Source of the DNA: an uncultured Bacillota bacterium
Lineage (GTDB): Bacteria > Bacillota_I > Bacilli_A > RFN20 > CAG-288
NCBI GenBank assembly: GCA_949282275.1
Contig: CASDOO010000033.1
Span: 15,592-79,591, forward strand
Length of the DNA: 64,000 bases
Direction of reading: 5' to 3'
Shown here: positions 1 through 9,219 of the stretch, piece by piece
Layout: each line of letters opens with the position of its first letter
Numbering within the stretch: the stretch's first letter is position 1
Notes under the pieces: model-generated
The model's database searches: none
What the model was told of the DNA's origin: nothing
The model's input: only the letters and a program-made list of their open reading frames with translations
Made by a program: the position numbers and the translations under genes

Positions 1-393
1 CTGCGTCCCTTCAGCAAGGACGATTCCGATACCTATCTGCGCGGTTTCCTCGGACGGATGCTCTTCTCCGGGGACGAGGCTCTCAAGCCTGTCGAGGTCC
101 TCTCCGGCGGCGAGAAGGTCCGTCTCCGTTTCTCCAAGGCCATGCTCGATCCGGGAAACCTCATCATCCTCGACGATCCGACCAACCATCTGGATTTGGA
201 GAGCATCGAGTCGCTCAACCGGGCGATGATCGACACCAAGTCTGTCCTCCTCTTCTCTTCCCACGACCGCCAGCTTCTCAATTCGATTGCCAATAGGGTC
301 ATCTATATCCGCAACGATGGCACCTATGTCGACAAGTACCTGACCTACGATGAATTCGAGGAATACCTGAAGAACACGGAGGGGAAGCGATGA
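1..393 (+). CDS. ABC-F family ATPase, C-terminal part (5' end lies outside the window)
   Basis: Frame 1 is open from base 1. The translation ...LSGGEKVRLRFSKAMLDPGNLIILDDPTNHLDLESIESLN... shows an ABC signature plus Walker B of a soluble tandem-cassette ATPase, with no TM segment. The stop overlaps the next start (ATGA at 390-393). Confidence 0.85.
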   Translation: MRPFSKDDSDTYLRGFLGRMLFSGDEALKPVEVLSGGEKVRLRFSKAMLDPGNLIILDDPTNHLDLESIESLNRAMIDTKSVLLFSSHDRQLLNSIANRVIYIRNDGTYVDKYLTYDEFEEYLKNTEGKR

Positions 394-1007
394 AGGCATT
401 GTTCCTCAATGGCTCTCCCCATCGGGATGGCGTGATTGCCCTTGCCTTCGACGAGATGGAGAAAGTCTTTGTGGAGGAAGGCTTCGGCTGCCAAAGGATC
501 GAAATCGGTTCCCGTATCCTCCCGGGCTGCATTGCCTGTGGCTATTGCAAGAAGAACAAGGGATGCGTCCGGCACGATCTTGTCGATGAAGTCAACGTCC
601 TTTTCGAGGAGGCGGATTGCCTGATCGTGGGTTCGCCGGTCTACTATGCCAGTCCCAACGGGACGCTTCTTTCATTCCTCGACCGCCTTTTCTATTCCGG
701 ACGCTTCGACAAGAGGATGAAGGTCGGCGCCAGCGTCGTTTCCTGCCGCCGAGGCGGAGCAAGCGCAAGCCATGACGTTCTCAACAAGTACTTCACGATT
801 TCCGGAATGCCTGTTGCCGCAAGCCAGTACTGGAATTCCATCCATGGCAACAACCGCCAGGAGGCCTTGAAGGATCTTGAGGGGCTTCAGACCATGCGCA
901 CGCTTAGCAAGAACATTGCCTTCCTTGTCCGGGCCATCCTTGCCGAGAAGGAGAGGAAGGGATTGCCGGAAAAAGAGGAGAGGATCGCCACCAATTTCAT
1001 ACGATGA
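390..1007 (+). CDS. Iron-sulfur flavoprotein (Isf)-like flavodoxin-fold NAD(P)H-dependent FMN reductase
   Basis: 205 aa with an MKALFLNGSPHRDG start typical of FMN-reductase/flavodoxin-fold proteins. It has a compact Cys cluster C47-x2-C50-x2-C53-x5-C59 (PGCIACGYCKKNKGC) that fits the CX2CX2CX4-7C Isf motif, and a VGSPVYY segment. Confidence 0.75.
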   Translation: MKALFLNGSPHRDGVIALAFDEMEKVFVEEGFGCQRIEIGSRILPGCIACGYCKKNKGCVRHDLVDEVNVLFEEADCLIVGSPVYYASPNGTLLSFLDRLFYSGRFDKRMKVGASVVSCRRGGASASHDVLNKYFTISGMPVAASQYWNSIHGNNRQEALKDLEGLQTMRTLSKNIAFLVRAILAEKERKGLPEKEERIATNFIR

Positions 1008-1729
1008 ACGAGGAAGAAAAAGCGAAGAAGGACTTTATCCGTGTCGAAGGCCTGGGAAAGGACTATGGCCAGGGCGAGACCCTCGTCCATGCCTTGAAGG
1101 ACGTTTCCTTTCGTCTGGAAAAGGGTTCCTTTGTCATAATCCTTGGCGCATCGGGAGCCGGCAAGACGACTCTCCTGAACCTTCTTGGCGGCATGGACAA
1201 GGCCACAAGAGGATCCTATCTTTTCGATGGCCAGGATGTCTGCCGCTTCAAGGACAAGGAACTTGAGCTTTTCCGGCGGAAGGACATCGGCTTCGTCTTC
1301 CAGTTCTACAATCTCATGGAGAACCTGACCGCCTACGAGAACGTCGCCCTTGCCGCAAGTATTGTCGACAATCCCCTCGATCCCAAGGAAGTCCTAAGGG
1401 AAGTCGGCCTCGAAAAGCGGATGAAGAACTTCCCCAGCCAGCTTTCCGGCGGCGAACAGCAACGCGTCTCCATCGCCCGCGCCATCGTCAAGAACCCCAA
1501 GCTTCTTCTCTGCGACGAACCCACCGGTGCCCTGGATTCCAAGACGGGACTCTCGATCCTGCGCCTCCTTTATGACCTTTCCGCAAGGATGGGAACGACC
1601 GTCATTATCGTCACCCATAACCAGGCCCTCTCCAAGGCGGCAACCCGCCTCATCCGTATCGGGGACGGGACGCTTCTTGAAGATTCCTCCTTCCCGAGGA
1701 AGGAAAGCCTCGACGAGATCGAATGGTAA
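1004..1729 (+). CDS. ABC transporter ATP-binding protein (MacB/LolD/FtsE-like)
   Basis: Walker [13 protein letters not shown], signature LSGGEQQRV, Walker [13 protein letters not shown] and H-loop VTHN. The start overlaps the upstream stop (ATGA). Confidence 0.9.
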   Translation: MNEEEKAKKDFIRVEGLGKDYGQGETLVHALKDVSFRLEKGSFVIILGASGAGKTTLLNLLGGMDKATRGSYLFDGQDVCRFKDKELELFRRKDIGFVFQFYNLMENLTAYENVALAASIVDNPLDPKEVLREVGLEKRMKNFPSQLSGGEQQRVSIARAIVKNPKLLLCDEPTGALDSKTGLSILRLLYDLSARMGTTVIIVTHNQALSKAATRLIRIGDGTLLEDSSFPRKESLDEIEW

Positions 1730-4143
1730 GGACATGGTCGATCCTCCTTAGGGACCTTCTGCGTTCCATGCGGAGGAATTTCAAGCAGCTCATCTCCGTC
1801 ATCGCCATCTCCTTTCTGGCGACTTGCCTTTTCTGCGGATTGACTTCCAACGCCGAGAACATCGCCGAAAGGGGAGAGCTTCTCTATGAGAAGACGAACG
1901 TGGCAGACATCTACGTCACGGGGACAAACGATATCGAGGGCATTGGCAACATCAATGGCGTCGAGGCTTGCGAGAAACGGATCTACATGCCCGGCTTTGT
2001 CGACCATTCGCCGGTCTATCTTGCCATCACCGATGGCATGCCAAGTCTATCCAGGCCGGATATCATCGAAGGCGAATACGGGCTCTGTCTGACGCAAAGC
2101 TACGCCAACGGACAGGAAGTCTCAATCGGTGATGAATTCACGATTGCCCTCAATAGCAACCTCGTCGACATTGCGGGAAGTTCGCCTGTGTTCCGCCTCT
2201 TGTCCTACTTCGTCCTTCCCGATGGCGAGGATGTCCTTTCCGAGGATGAAATCCCGCTCTCCTTCAAAGTCACGGGACTGATGTACCATGTCGAAGGCGT
2301 CGCCAATTCCACCTTCACCCCGACGACGATAAGCCTCGACCAGAGCCTTCTTGAGGAAGCCTTCCTCGACGTGCTTGAAAGCAACTATGACGTCGCCGGA
2401 ATAAATCGGCTCCTCCATATCTTCAACACCGACGTGAAAACCCTCCTTTCCGAGACGCTGGATTCCCTGTCCAACCAAGTCCTCGTCAAGGCCGATGACC
2501 CTTCCGTTGTCCTTGGCCGCATCGAGGGATATCTTGGCGATGGGCCCTCCGTCAGTCTCGTTGAGGACATGTCCTTCTACAGCGGCTTTGCCCAGGAAGT
2601 CGACCAGGCCATGCAGCTCACCTTCGTCTTCCCGATCATCTTTTTCCTGGTTTCGCTCCTTATCATCCTGACGACGCTTAGCCAGCTCATCATCCGGGAA
2701 CGCAAGGAGATCGGCTCCCTGAAGGCCATGGGCGTTTCCAGAGGCCAGATCTATCTTCACTATGTCCTTTATGGGGCAATCCTTGTCTTCCTGGGTTCCC
2801 TTCTCGGATTCATCGTCGGACCGCTATTCATTCCCAATATCCTCGGCATCAAGTACGGGATCCTCTGGGACATACCCGATTCCCCTGTCCACTTCTTCTA
2901 TCCGCTCTCCATCCTTCTCTGTCTTGGCCTTGTCCTCGTCTCCGGGCTTTGTTCCTTCCTCGTTTCCTTTTCCGTCATCCGCGAGAAGCCCGTCGACACC
3001 CTCCGCCCCAAGGCTGACAAGGCGATAAGGCATGTCGCCTCCCCGGAATCCTTCTACAGCCGCCATACGTCCATTCCCCTTCGAATGGCCATCCGCAACG
3101 TCTTCAAGAACAAGGGAAAGTCCCTCATGGTCGCCCTTGGCATGCTTGGCTGCACGGCCCTTCTTGTCTGCGGCTTCGGCATCATGGATACCCTGGACTA
3201 CGATATCGCCCTGGACTATGGCGGGAACATGTTCATGGACGTGACGATGATGCCGGTGGAATATAGCAAGGGACTCAAGGACGATATCGCCAACGACGAA
3301 CGCGTGGAAAGGGTCGAGGACTATCTCTCCTATCCGGCGACCTTCGTCGGCGAGAAGACCGTCAATTCCAGCCTTTGCCTGGTCGAGGACGACCCGCTCT
3401 TTCTCAACGTCGAGGTCGGAAAGGACGGTGGATTTGCTCTCGACAGCAATACCGCCGAGCAGCTAGGCGTTTCCCTAGGCGACATGCTCTCCCTTTCCGT
3501 CCAGGGGGAAAGCTTCGAAAAGCCCGTCACCGTCATCTTCCAGTCCTCCTTCCTCAGCGGCGTCTATGACCTCTTCTCGAACTATCCCGAGGACATGTTC
3601 ACGCCAGGCAGCCTCTATGTCACGCTCAAGGACCCGACGATGCGGCATGCCTTTGCGGAGGCCTATCGCGACACGGGTCTCTTCCTTTCCGTCATGACCT
3701 ATGACGACATCATGGGGCAGGCGGACAACATCCTCTCCTCCATCGCGACCATGACCGACGTCGTCAAGGTCTTCGCCATCCTTCTTTCCGTGGTCGTCAT
3801 CTACAACCTGACGGCGCTCAACATCGCCGAGAGGGAACGCTCGATCGCCACGATGAAGGTCCTCGGCTTCCGTTTCCTGGAAATCAGCAAGACATTGACC
3901 TACGAGCTTCTTTTGGATGCCTTCGTCGGTTCGCTTGTCGGGCTCCTTCTTGGCTATCCGTTGACCGTCCTTGTCCTTCTTGTCAACCGGACCGACCTCC
4001 TCCACTTCATCTACCACATCACGCCCTGGACCTATCTCATCGCCTTTGCCATCTCGATCCTGACGACGCTCCTTGTCTCCCTCCTTCTCAACCTCAAGAC
4101 GAAGAAGATCTCGATGAGCGAGTCCCTCAAGTCGGTCGAGTGA
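1723..4143 (+). CDS. ABC transporter permease, FtsX/MacB type with duplicated FtsX module
   Basis: 806 aa. An N-terminal TM helix is followed by a long extracytoplasmic stretch and a TM cluster, and this pattern repeats with a second TM, ECD and C-terminal TM cluster. It overlaps the ATPase gene by 7 nt. Confidence 0.85.
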   Translation: MVRTWSILLRDLLRSMRRNFKQLISVIAISFLATCLFCGLTSNAENIAERGELLYEKTNVADIYVTGTNDIEGIGNINGVEACEKRIYMPGFVDHSPVYLAITDGMPSLSRPDIIEGEYGLCLTQSYANGQEVSIGDEFTIALNSNLVDIAGSSPVFRLLSYFVLPDGEDVLSEDEIPLSFKVTGLMYHVEGVANSTFTPTTISLDQSLLEEAFLDVLESNYDVAGINRLLHIFNTDVKTLLSETLDSLSNQVLVKADDPSVVLGRIEGYLGDGPSVSLVEDMSFYSGFAQEVDQAMQLTFVFPIIFFLVSLLIILTTLSQLIIRERKEIGSLKAMGVSRGQIYLHYVLYGAILVFLGSLLGFIVGPLFIPNILGIKYGILWDIPDSPVHFFYPLSILLCLGLVLVSGLCSFLVSFSVIREKPVDTLRPKADKAIRHVASPESFYSRHTSIPLRMAIRNVFKNKGKSLMVALGMLGCTALLVCGFGIMDTLDYDIALDYGGNMFMDVTMMPVEYSKGLKDDIANDERVERVEDYLSYPATFVGEKTVNSSLCLVEDDPLFLNVEVGKDGGFALDSNTAEQLGVSLGDMLSLSVQGESFEKPVTVIFQSSFLSGVYDLFSNYPEDMFTPGSLYVTLKDPTMRHAFAEAYRDTGLFLSVMTYDDIMGQADNILSSIATMTDVVKVFAILLSVVVIYNLTALNIAERERSIATMKVLGFRFLEISKTLTYELLLDAFVGSLVGLLLGYPLTVLVLLVNRTDLLHFIYHITPWTYLIAFAISILTTLLVSLLLNLKTKKISMSESLKSVE

Positions 4144-4281
4144 TGGCGGAACTGTCTGGGACCCGGGAATCCCGAGAAAATCCGGGCTTTCTGTTTCCGA
4201 GATTGGACGAATGAAGCTTTTGCTATCCGTTTTCAAAGAAGAGAGTATAATTAATAAGCTTAGATTCCAAGGAGATTTCCC

Positions 4282-6882
4282 ATGCGAAAAATGACCAGTG
4301 ACGAAATCCGCGATACGTGGCTGAACTTCTTCAAGGAGAAGGGACATTATATCGAGCCTTCCGCCTCCCTTATCCCAAACAACGATCCGACCCTTCTTTG
4401 GATCAATGCCGGCGTCGCGGCCCTCAAGAAATACTTCGACGGTTCCCTCACACCGAAGCACAGGCGCATCACCAATGCCCAGAAATGCATCCGCACCAAC
4501 GACATCGACAATGTCGGACACACCTCCCGCCACCACACCTTCTTCGAGATGATGGGCAATTTCTCGATCGGCGACTACTTCCGCCACGAGGTCATTCCCT
4601 GGGCCTTCGAGCTTCTGACCTCCGAGAAATACTTCGGCCTTCCCAAGGAGAGGCTTTATGTCACTTACTATCCCGATGACAAGGATACCTTCGAGACGTG
4701 GGTCAAGGCCGGCATGGCGGAAGACCACCTCGTCCCCTGCAAGGGAAACTTCTGGGAAATCGGCGAAGGTCCCTGCGGTCCCGACACGGAAATCAACTTC
4801 GACCGCGGCGAGAAGTACGACCCCAAGAACCTGGGATTGAAGCTTCTCGAGGAAGACCTCGAAAACGATCGCTACATCGAGCTGTGGAACATCGTCTTCT
4901 CCCAGTTCAACGCCGTTCCCGGCACGCCGAGGAAGGACTACAAGCCCCTTCCGCAGAAGAACATCGATACCGGTGCCGGCCTGGAACGCTTCGCCTGCAT
5001 CCTTCAGGGAGCCGAGACTAACTTCGACACGGATCTCTTCCTTCCCTATATCCATGCCGTCGAGAAGAAGGCGAAGTTCCCCTATGACGAGGAACACAAG
5101 CTTGCCTATCGCGTCGTCAGCGACCACATCCGTTCCCTGACCTTCGCCCTTGCCGATGGCGCCGTCTTCTCCAACGATGGCCGCGGCTATGTCCTCAAGA
5201 GGCTTCTGCGCCGGGCTTCCCGCTATGCCCAGACCCTTGGCCTGGAGACGGGTGCCCTTTCCGAGCTCGTCCCGGTCGTCGACGAGAACATGAAGCATTT
5301 CTATCCCTATCTTCTCGAACATGAGGAGAAGACGATGAAGATGATCCGGAACGAGGAAAACAAGTTCTCCGCCACCCTTCACAATGGCGAGAAGATCCTC
5401 GCTTCCTTCCTCCGCAAGGAAGGCGACACGCTTTCGGCCGAGGATGCCTTCAAGCTGATGGATACGTATGGCTTTCCCTTCGAGCTCACCAAGGAAATCG
5501 CCGCCGACTCCGGCAAGAAGGTCGACGAGGAAGGCTTTGCTGTCCTTTTGGAACAGGCCAAGGAAAAGGCCCGTCTCTCCCGCGGCAATCGGGAATCCTT
5601 CGGAAACCAGAGCGAGGACCTGATGGCCTTCGCCACGCCCAGCGCCTTCACCTATGAGGACAAGGTCATATCCTCTTCGGTCTTAGGTCTCTTCAAGGAC
5701 GGCGTGAAGGTCGAAAGCCTTGACGAGGAAGGCACCATCGCCCTTGCGGAGACGAACTTCTATGCCGAAAGCGGCGGACAGGTCAGCGACAAGGGCCACC
5801 TCAAGGGGAAGGACTTCGAGGCCGAGGTCGTTTCCGTCTTCAAGGCTCCCCATGGGCAGCATCTGCTCAATGTCCGTGTCCTTTATGGAACGGTCCATGT
5901 CGGCGACGTGCTTGAGGAAGACGTCGACCTCGAGAGAAGGAAGGCCATCGAGAAGAACCATTCCGCCACGCACCTTCTCCAGAAGGCCCTCCAGGACATC
6001 GTCAGCACGGACATCCACCAGGCCGGCGCCTATTATGACGACGAGCTTCTCCGTTTCGATTTCGCCTACGAAGGAAAGGTCAGTCCGGACCTGCTCGACC
6101 AGGTCGAGAAACGCGTCAACGACGAGATCTTCGCCGGCCATGCCGTCAGCACGGAAGTCCTCGACAAGGAAGAGGCGTTGAAGCGACATGCCATGCATCT
6201 CTTCAACGAGAAATACGGCGACAAGGTCCGTGTCGTCTCCATGGCTTCCTCCATCGAGTTCTGCGGCGGAACGCACGTCCGGAACACGAGCGAGATCAAT
6301 CTCTTCGTCATCGAGAGCGAGGCCGCCATCGCAAGCGGCATCCGCCGGATCACGGCCTATACCGGCAATCGCGCCTACGAATACCTCAAGGAGAAGGAAA
6401 GGAACCTCATGGAGACGGCAAGCCTCCTCAAGCTGACGTCCGACAAGGGCATCCGCCAGAAGCTTGTGTCCCTTCTCGAGACGCTCGACAAGGAAAGGAA
6501 GAACAACGAAAGGCTGCGCGAGGAGATCACCAACGGCCTTCTCCTTGCCCTGCTGAGGAAGATCGTCGTCCTGAACGGACGGAAGGTCCTTTTCGAAAGG
6601 ATTTCCGGCCTGACCCATGAACAGCTCGACTCCCTTGCCCGGAAGCTTGTCGACAAGGAAAAGGACCTTGCCCTCTTCCTGGTCAACGACAACGGCGCCA
6701 AGAAGGACCTCGTCGCCGCAAGGGGAGCCCTTCTCGATATCAAGGCCGGCAAGATGATGAAGGCCATCAGCCAGGCCCTCAACGGTTCCGGCGGCGGAAG
6801 GGACGATGTCGCCTTCGGCGGCACGAAGGACACTTCCCAGATCGAGAAGGCAAGGGAGAAGTTCCTGGAGCTTCTCAAGTGA
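4282..6882 (+). CDS. alaS: Alanine--tRNA ligase
   Basis: 866 aa with an N-terminus MRKMTSDEIRDTWLNFFKEKGHYIEPSASLIPNNDPTLLWINAGV typical of AlaRS, plus an editing-domain HSATHLL motif. AAGGAG lies 7 nt upstream of the ATG. Confidence 0.97.
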   Translation: MRKMTSDEIRDTWLNFFKEKGHYIEPSASLIPNNDPTLLWINAGVAALKKYFDGSLTPKHRRITNAQKCIRTNDIDNVGHTSRHHTFFEMMGNFSIGDYFRHEVIPWAFELLTSEKYFGLPKERLYVTYYPDDKDTFETWVKAGMAEDHLVPCKGNFWEIGEGPCGPDTEINFDRGEKYDPKNLGLKLLEEDLENDRYIELWNIVFSQFNAVPGTPRKDYKPLPQKNIDTGAGLERFACILQGAETNFDTDLFLPYIHAVEKKAKFPYDEEHKLAYRVVSDHIRSLTFALADGAVFSNDGRGYVLKRLLRRASRYAQTLGLETGALSELVPVVDENMKHFYPYLLEHEEKTMKMIRNEENKFSATLHNGEKILASFLRKEGDTLSAEDAFKLMDTYGFPFELTKEIAADSGKKVDEEGFAVLLEQAKEKARLSRGNRESFGNQSEDLMAFATPSAFTYEDKVISSSVLGLFKDGVKVESLDEEGTIALAETNFYAESGGQVSDKGHLKGKDFEAEVVSVFKAPHGQHLLNVRVLYGTVHVGDVLEEDVDLERRKAIEKNHSATHLLQKALQDIVSTDIHQAGAYYDDELLRFDFAYEGKVSPDLLDQVEKRVNDEIFAGHAVSTEVLDKEEALKRHAMHLFNEKYGDKVRVVSMASSIEFCGGTHVRNTSEINLFVIESEAAIASGIRRITAYTGNRAYEYLKEKERNLMETASLLKLTSDKGIRQKLVSLLETLDKERKNNERLREEITNGLLLALLRKIVVLNGRKVLFERISGLTHEQLDSLARKLVDKEKDLALFLVNDNGAKKDLVAARGALLDIKAGKMMKAISQALNGSGGGRDDVAFGGTKDTSQIEKAREKFLELLK

Positions 6883-7304
6883 AGAACATCCTCGCCCTCG
6901 ACCTCGGAAGGGGAAGCCTTGGCGTTGCCATTTCCCGCAGCGGCATGTTCGTCACCCCGATAGCCAACCTTCGCTTCCCGATGGACGACTTCGAGGAAGC
7001 CATTGCCTTGCTGAAGGAGACAATCCGGACGGAAAGGGTCGAACATATCGTCATCGGCTATCCTTCCTACCCTTCCGGGGATCCCTGCCCCATGAGCCAG
7101 GTGGTCCTGGGTTTCATCCCGATGCTAGAGAAGGCCTTTCCCGGCATCGCGATCGACAAGGAAGACGAGCGCTATTCCACCGCCGAGGCCGGCGAAAGCC
7201 TCCACGGCCAGGGAAAGAACGCGAAAAGGCAAAGGAAGACGATCGACCGGACGGCAGCCTGCGTCATCCTGGAAAGATATCTCAGGCGGATCGGACAGTA
7301 TTGA
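6879..7304 (+). CDS. ruvX: Holliday junction resolvase-like protein YqgF/RuvX
   Basis: 141 aa, MKNILALDLGRGSLGVAIS..., matching the YqgF N-terminal motif. The GTG start overlaps the alaS stop (GTGA). alaS-ruvX linkage is classical. Confidence 0.85.
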   Translation: MKNILALDLGRGSLGVAISRSGMFVTPIANLRFPMDDFEEAIALLKETIRTERVEHIVIGYPSYPSGDPCPMSQVVLGFIPMLEKAFPGIAIDKEDERYSTAEAGESLHGQGKNAKRQRKTIDRTAACVILERYLRRIGQY

Positions 7305-7321
7305 GTCCGATCCGTTTTTTA
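7287..7321 (+). terminator. Rho-independent terminator of alaS-ruvX
   Basis: Perfect 10-bp stem cggatcggac (7287-7296) / gtccgatccg (7305-7314) with an 8-nt loop containing the ruvX stop, followed by a run of at least 6 T. Confidence 0.75.
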
Positions 7322-7462
7322 TTGTCCATAAGGGACAAAGCCCTTCCTGAAGGGCGCTAGGAAGGCGTCCTGCCAGAGACATACGCAAAAGGAAAGAGCC
7401 TTTTGTGCTTGTTTGCCGCGGGCCGAGAATGGATAAAAGAAACGCCGATGGAAGCTTGTTTC

Positions 7463-9217
7463 CTATCGGAACTGGCTGGTATAGAGGTCGTAATAGAAGC
7501 CGTGCCTGGCCATCAGTTCGGCATGCCGTCCTTTTTCGATGACGTTGCCATCTTTCAAAACGAGGATGACGTCGGCTTCCTGGATGGTGCTCAGGCGGTG
7601 GGCGATGACGATCGATGTCTTTCCCGACATGACCCTGTCGAAGGCATCGGTGATGAGCCTCTCGGTACGGGTGTCGACGTTGGAGGTGGCTTCGTCGAGG
7701 ATGACGATTTCCGGTTTTCTAAGAAGGACCCTGGCAATGGTCAGAAGCTGCCTTTCGCCTTCCGAGAGGCCGCTCTTTGCGGAGACGACAGTTTCGTATC
7801 CATGTGGCAGGGTCTGGATGAAACTGTCGGCATGGGCTTCGATGCATGCCCTCTTGACCTCCTCGTCACTGCTTGTAGGGGAAGCGTAGCGGACGTTTTC
7901 CAGGATCGTCCCCTGGAAAATCCAGGTGTCCTGGAGGACCATGCCGAAATACTTTCTCAGTTCTTTCTTGGGAATGGCCCGGGAGTCGATGCCATCGAAG
8001 GCTATCCGTCCTTTCGTCGGATCGTAGAAACGCATCAGGAGGTTGATGAGCGTCGTCTTTCCGGCCCCTGTCGGTCCGACGATGGCGACTTTCTCTCCCT
8101 TGCGGATCCTCTGGCTGAAATGCTCGATCAGCTTCTGTCCGGGCTCATAGCTGAAGGAGATGTCCTCGAAAGAGATTTCCGTCGGAGCCTTCTCAAGAAG
8201 GGTCGAACCGTCGTCGACGTCGTCCTCTCCGGCAAGGAAGTCGACGATCCTGCCAAAGGAAAAGCGGGCGGTCTCGAATTCGGCGGCAACGGATGAGATT
8301 TCATTGAAGGGTTTCGTGTATTCGTTGGTATAGCTCAGGAAGGATGTCAGGCTTCCAAGGCTCATGCCAAGGATGGGATAGGAAGGGGTATAGAGAATCA
8401 TGACGATGCCGGCGATGCCGATGACGCAATAGATCGTGTTGTTGACGAAGCGCGTCGTCGGATTGGTCCAGCTGGCCGAGAATTGGGCGACCTTGCCTTC
8501 CTTTCTCAGGCTCTCGTCGCGTCTTGCGAAATCCGCCAAGGACCTTTCCTCGTATTGGAGTGTCTGGAGTGTCTCGAGGTTTGCGATGCTTTCCAGGGAA
8601 AGGGCATTGAGATCGCTCATCAGGGCGGACTGGCTCTTGAAGTGACGGTGGGAGAAGGTGGCGACGAACTTGCTGACGAAGAGGCTCAGGGGAGAAAGGA
8701 CGATGATGCCAAGGGCCATGATCCAGTTGACCGTGAACATCAGGACGATGGTGATGAGGATCGAGAGGACGCCTTGGACGAGCTGCTTGAAGACGGAGAA
8801 GAGGCCATTGGCGATGTTCTCCACGTCCTGGATTTCCAACTGGAGCATGTCGCCGTGCTTCCGTTCGTCGATGGCCTTGATGGGGACGGAACAGATCTTG
8901 GAAAAGACGTCGTCGCGGATGTCCTTGACGATTCTCTGTGTCAGGATTCCGATGGCGTATTCGAAGACAAAATCAAAGAGGACGCCAAGGACGGAGAGCA
9001 CGAGGGCGACGACCAGATAGATCGTCAGCAGCCGGAAGTCGATAGCAAGGACGAAGGTGCCATCCGCCGCAATCGAGCCGATGGCGTTGAGGGAACGGCC
9101 GACAAGAAGCGGAAGGGAGAGATTGGCAAGGAGGAAGACGAAGACGGAAACGAAGGATAGGACGATGAGCTTCCGTTGGCTTCCGATATAACGGAGAAGG
9201 GAGTTCTTGATGGTCAT
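7463..9217 (-). CDS. ABC exporter, fused permease/ATPase half-transporter (multidrug/lipid type)
   Basis: 584 aa with a six-TM N-terminal domain, Walker A GPTGAGKTTLINLL, signature LSEGERQLL and Walker B ILDEATS. AAGGAG lies upstream. It sits 3 nt downstream of the paralogous half-transporter, so a heterodimer is likely. Confidence 0.9.
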   Translation of the reverse strand: MTIKNSLLRYIGSQRKLIVLSFVSVFVFLLANLSLPLLVGRSLNAIGSIAADGTFVLAIDFRLLTIYLVVALVLSVLGVLFDFVFEYAIGILTQRIVKDIRDDVFSKICSVPIKAIDERKHGDMLQLEIQDVENIANGLFSVFKQLVQGVLSILITIVLMFTVNWIMALGIIVLSPLSLFVSKFVATFSHRHFKSQSALMSDLNALSLESIANLETLQTLQYEERSLADFARRDESLRKEGKVAQFSASWTNPTTRFVNNTIYCVIGIAGIVMILYTPSYPILGMSLGSLTSFLSYTNEYTKPFNEISSVAAEFETARFSFGRIVDFLAGEDDVDDGSTLLEKAPTEISFEDISFSYEPGQKLIEHFSQRIRKGEKVAIVGPTGAGKTTLINLLMRFYDPTKGRIAFDGIDSRAIPKKELRKYFGMVLQDTWIFQGTILENVRYASPTSSDEEVKRACIEAHADSFIQTLPHGYETVVSAKSGLSEGERQLLTIARVLLRKPEIVILDEATSNVDTRTERLITDAFDRVMSGKTSIVIAHRLSTIQEADVILVLKDGNVIEKGRHAELMARHGFYYDLYTSQFR

Positions 9218-9219
9218 GC

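Noticed and set aside
4144-4281. Possible T-box leader or other riboswitch upstream of alaS
   Set aside because: There are only ~138 nt. I found no specifier-loop/T-box sequence (AGGGUGGNACCGCG-like) and no terminator/antiterminator pair, only a weak 5-bp hairpin.
3475-5382. 635-codon minus-strand ORF spanning the FtsX permease end, the intergenic region and the alaS start
   Set aside because: It is antisense to two unambiguous genes that happen to share a reading frame. It crosses the alaS promoter/SD region and has no motifs.
7322-7462. Series of small hairpins between ruvX and the convergent ABC exporter (possible ncRNA or minus-strand terminator)
   Set aside because: The stems are only 4-8 bp and none has a proper U tract on the minus strand. 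There is no promoter-like element, so this cannot be supported as a distinct feature.
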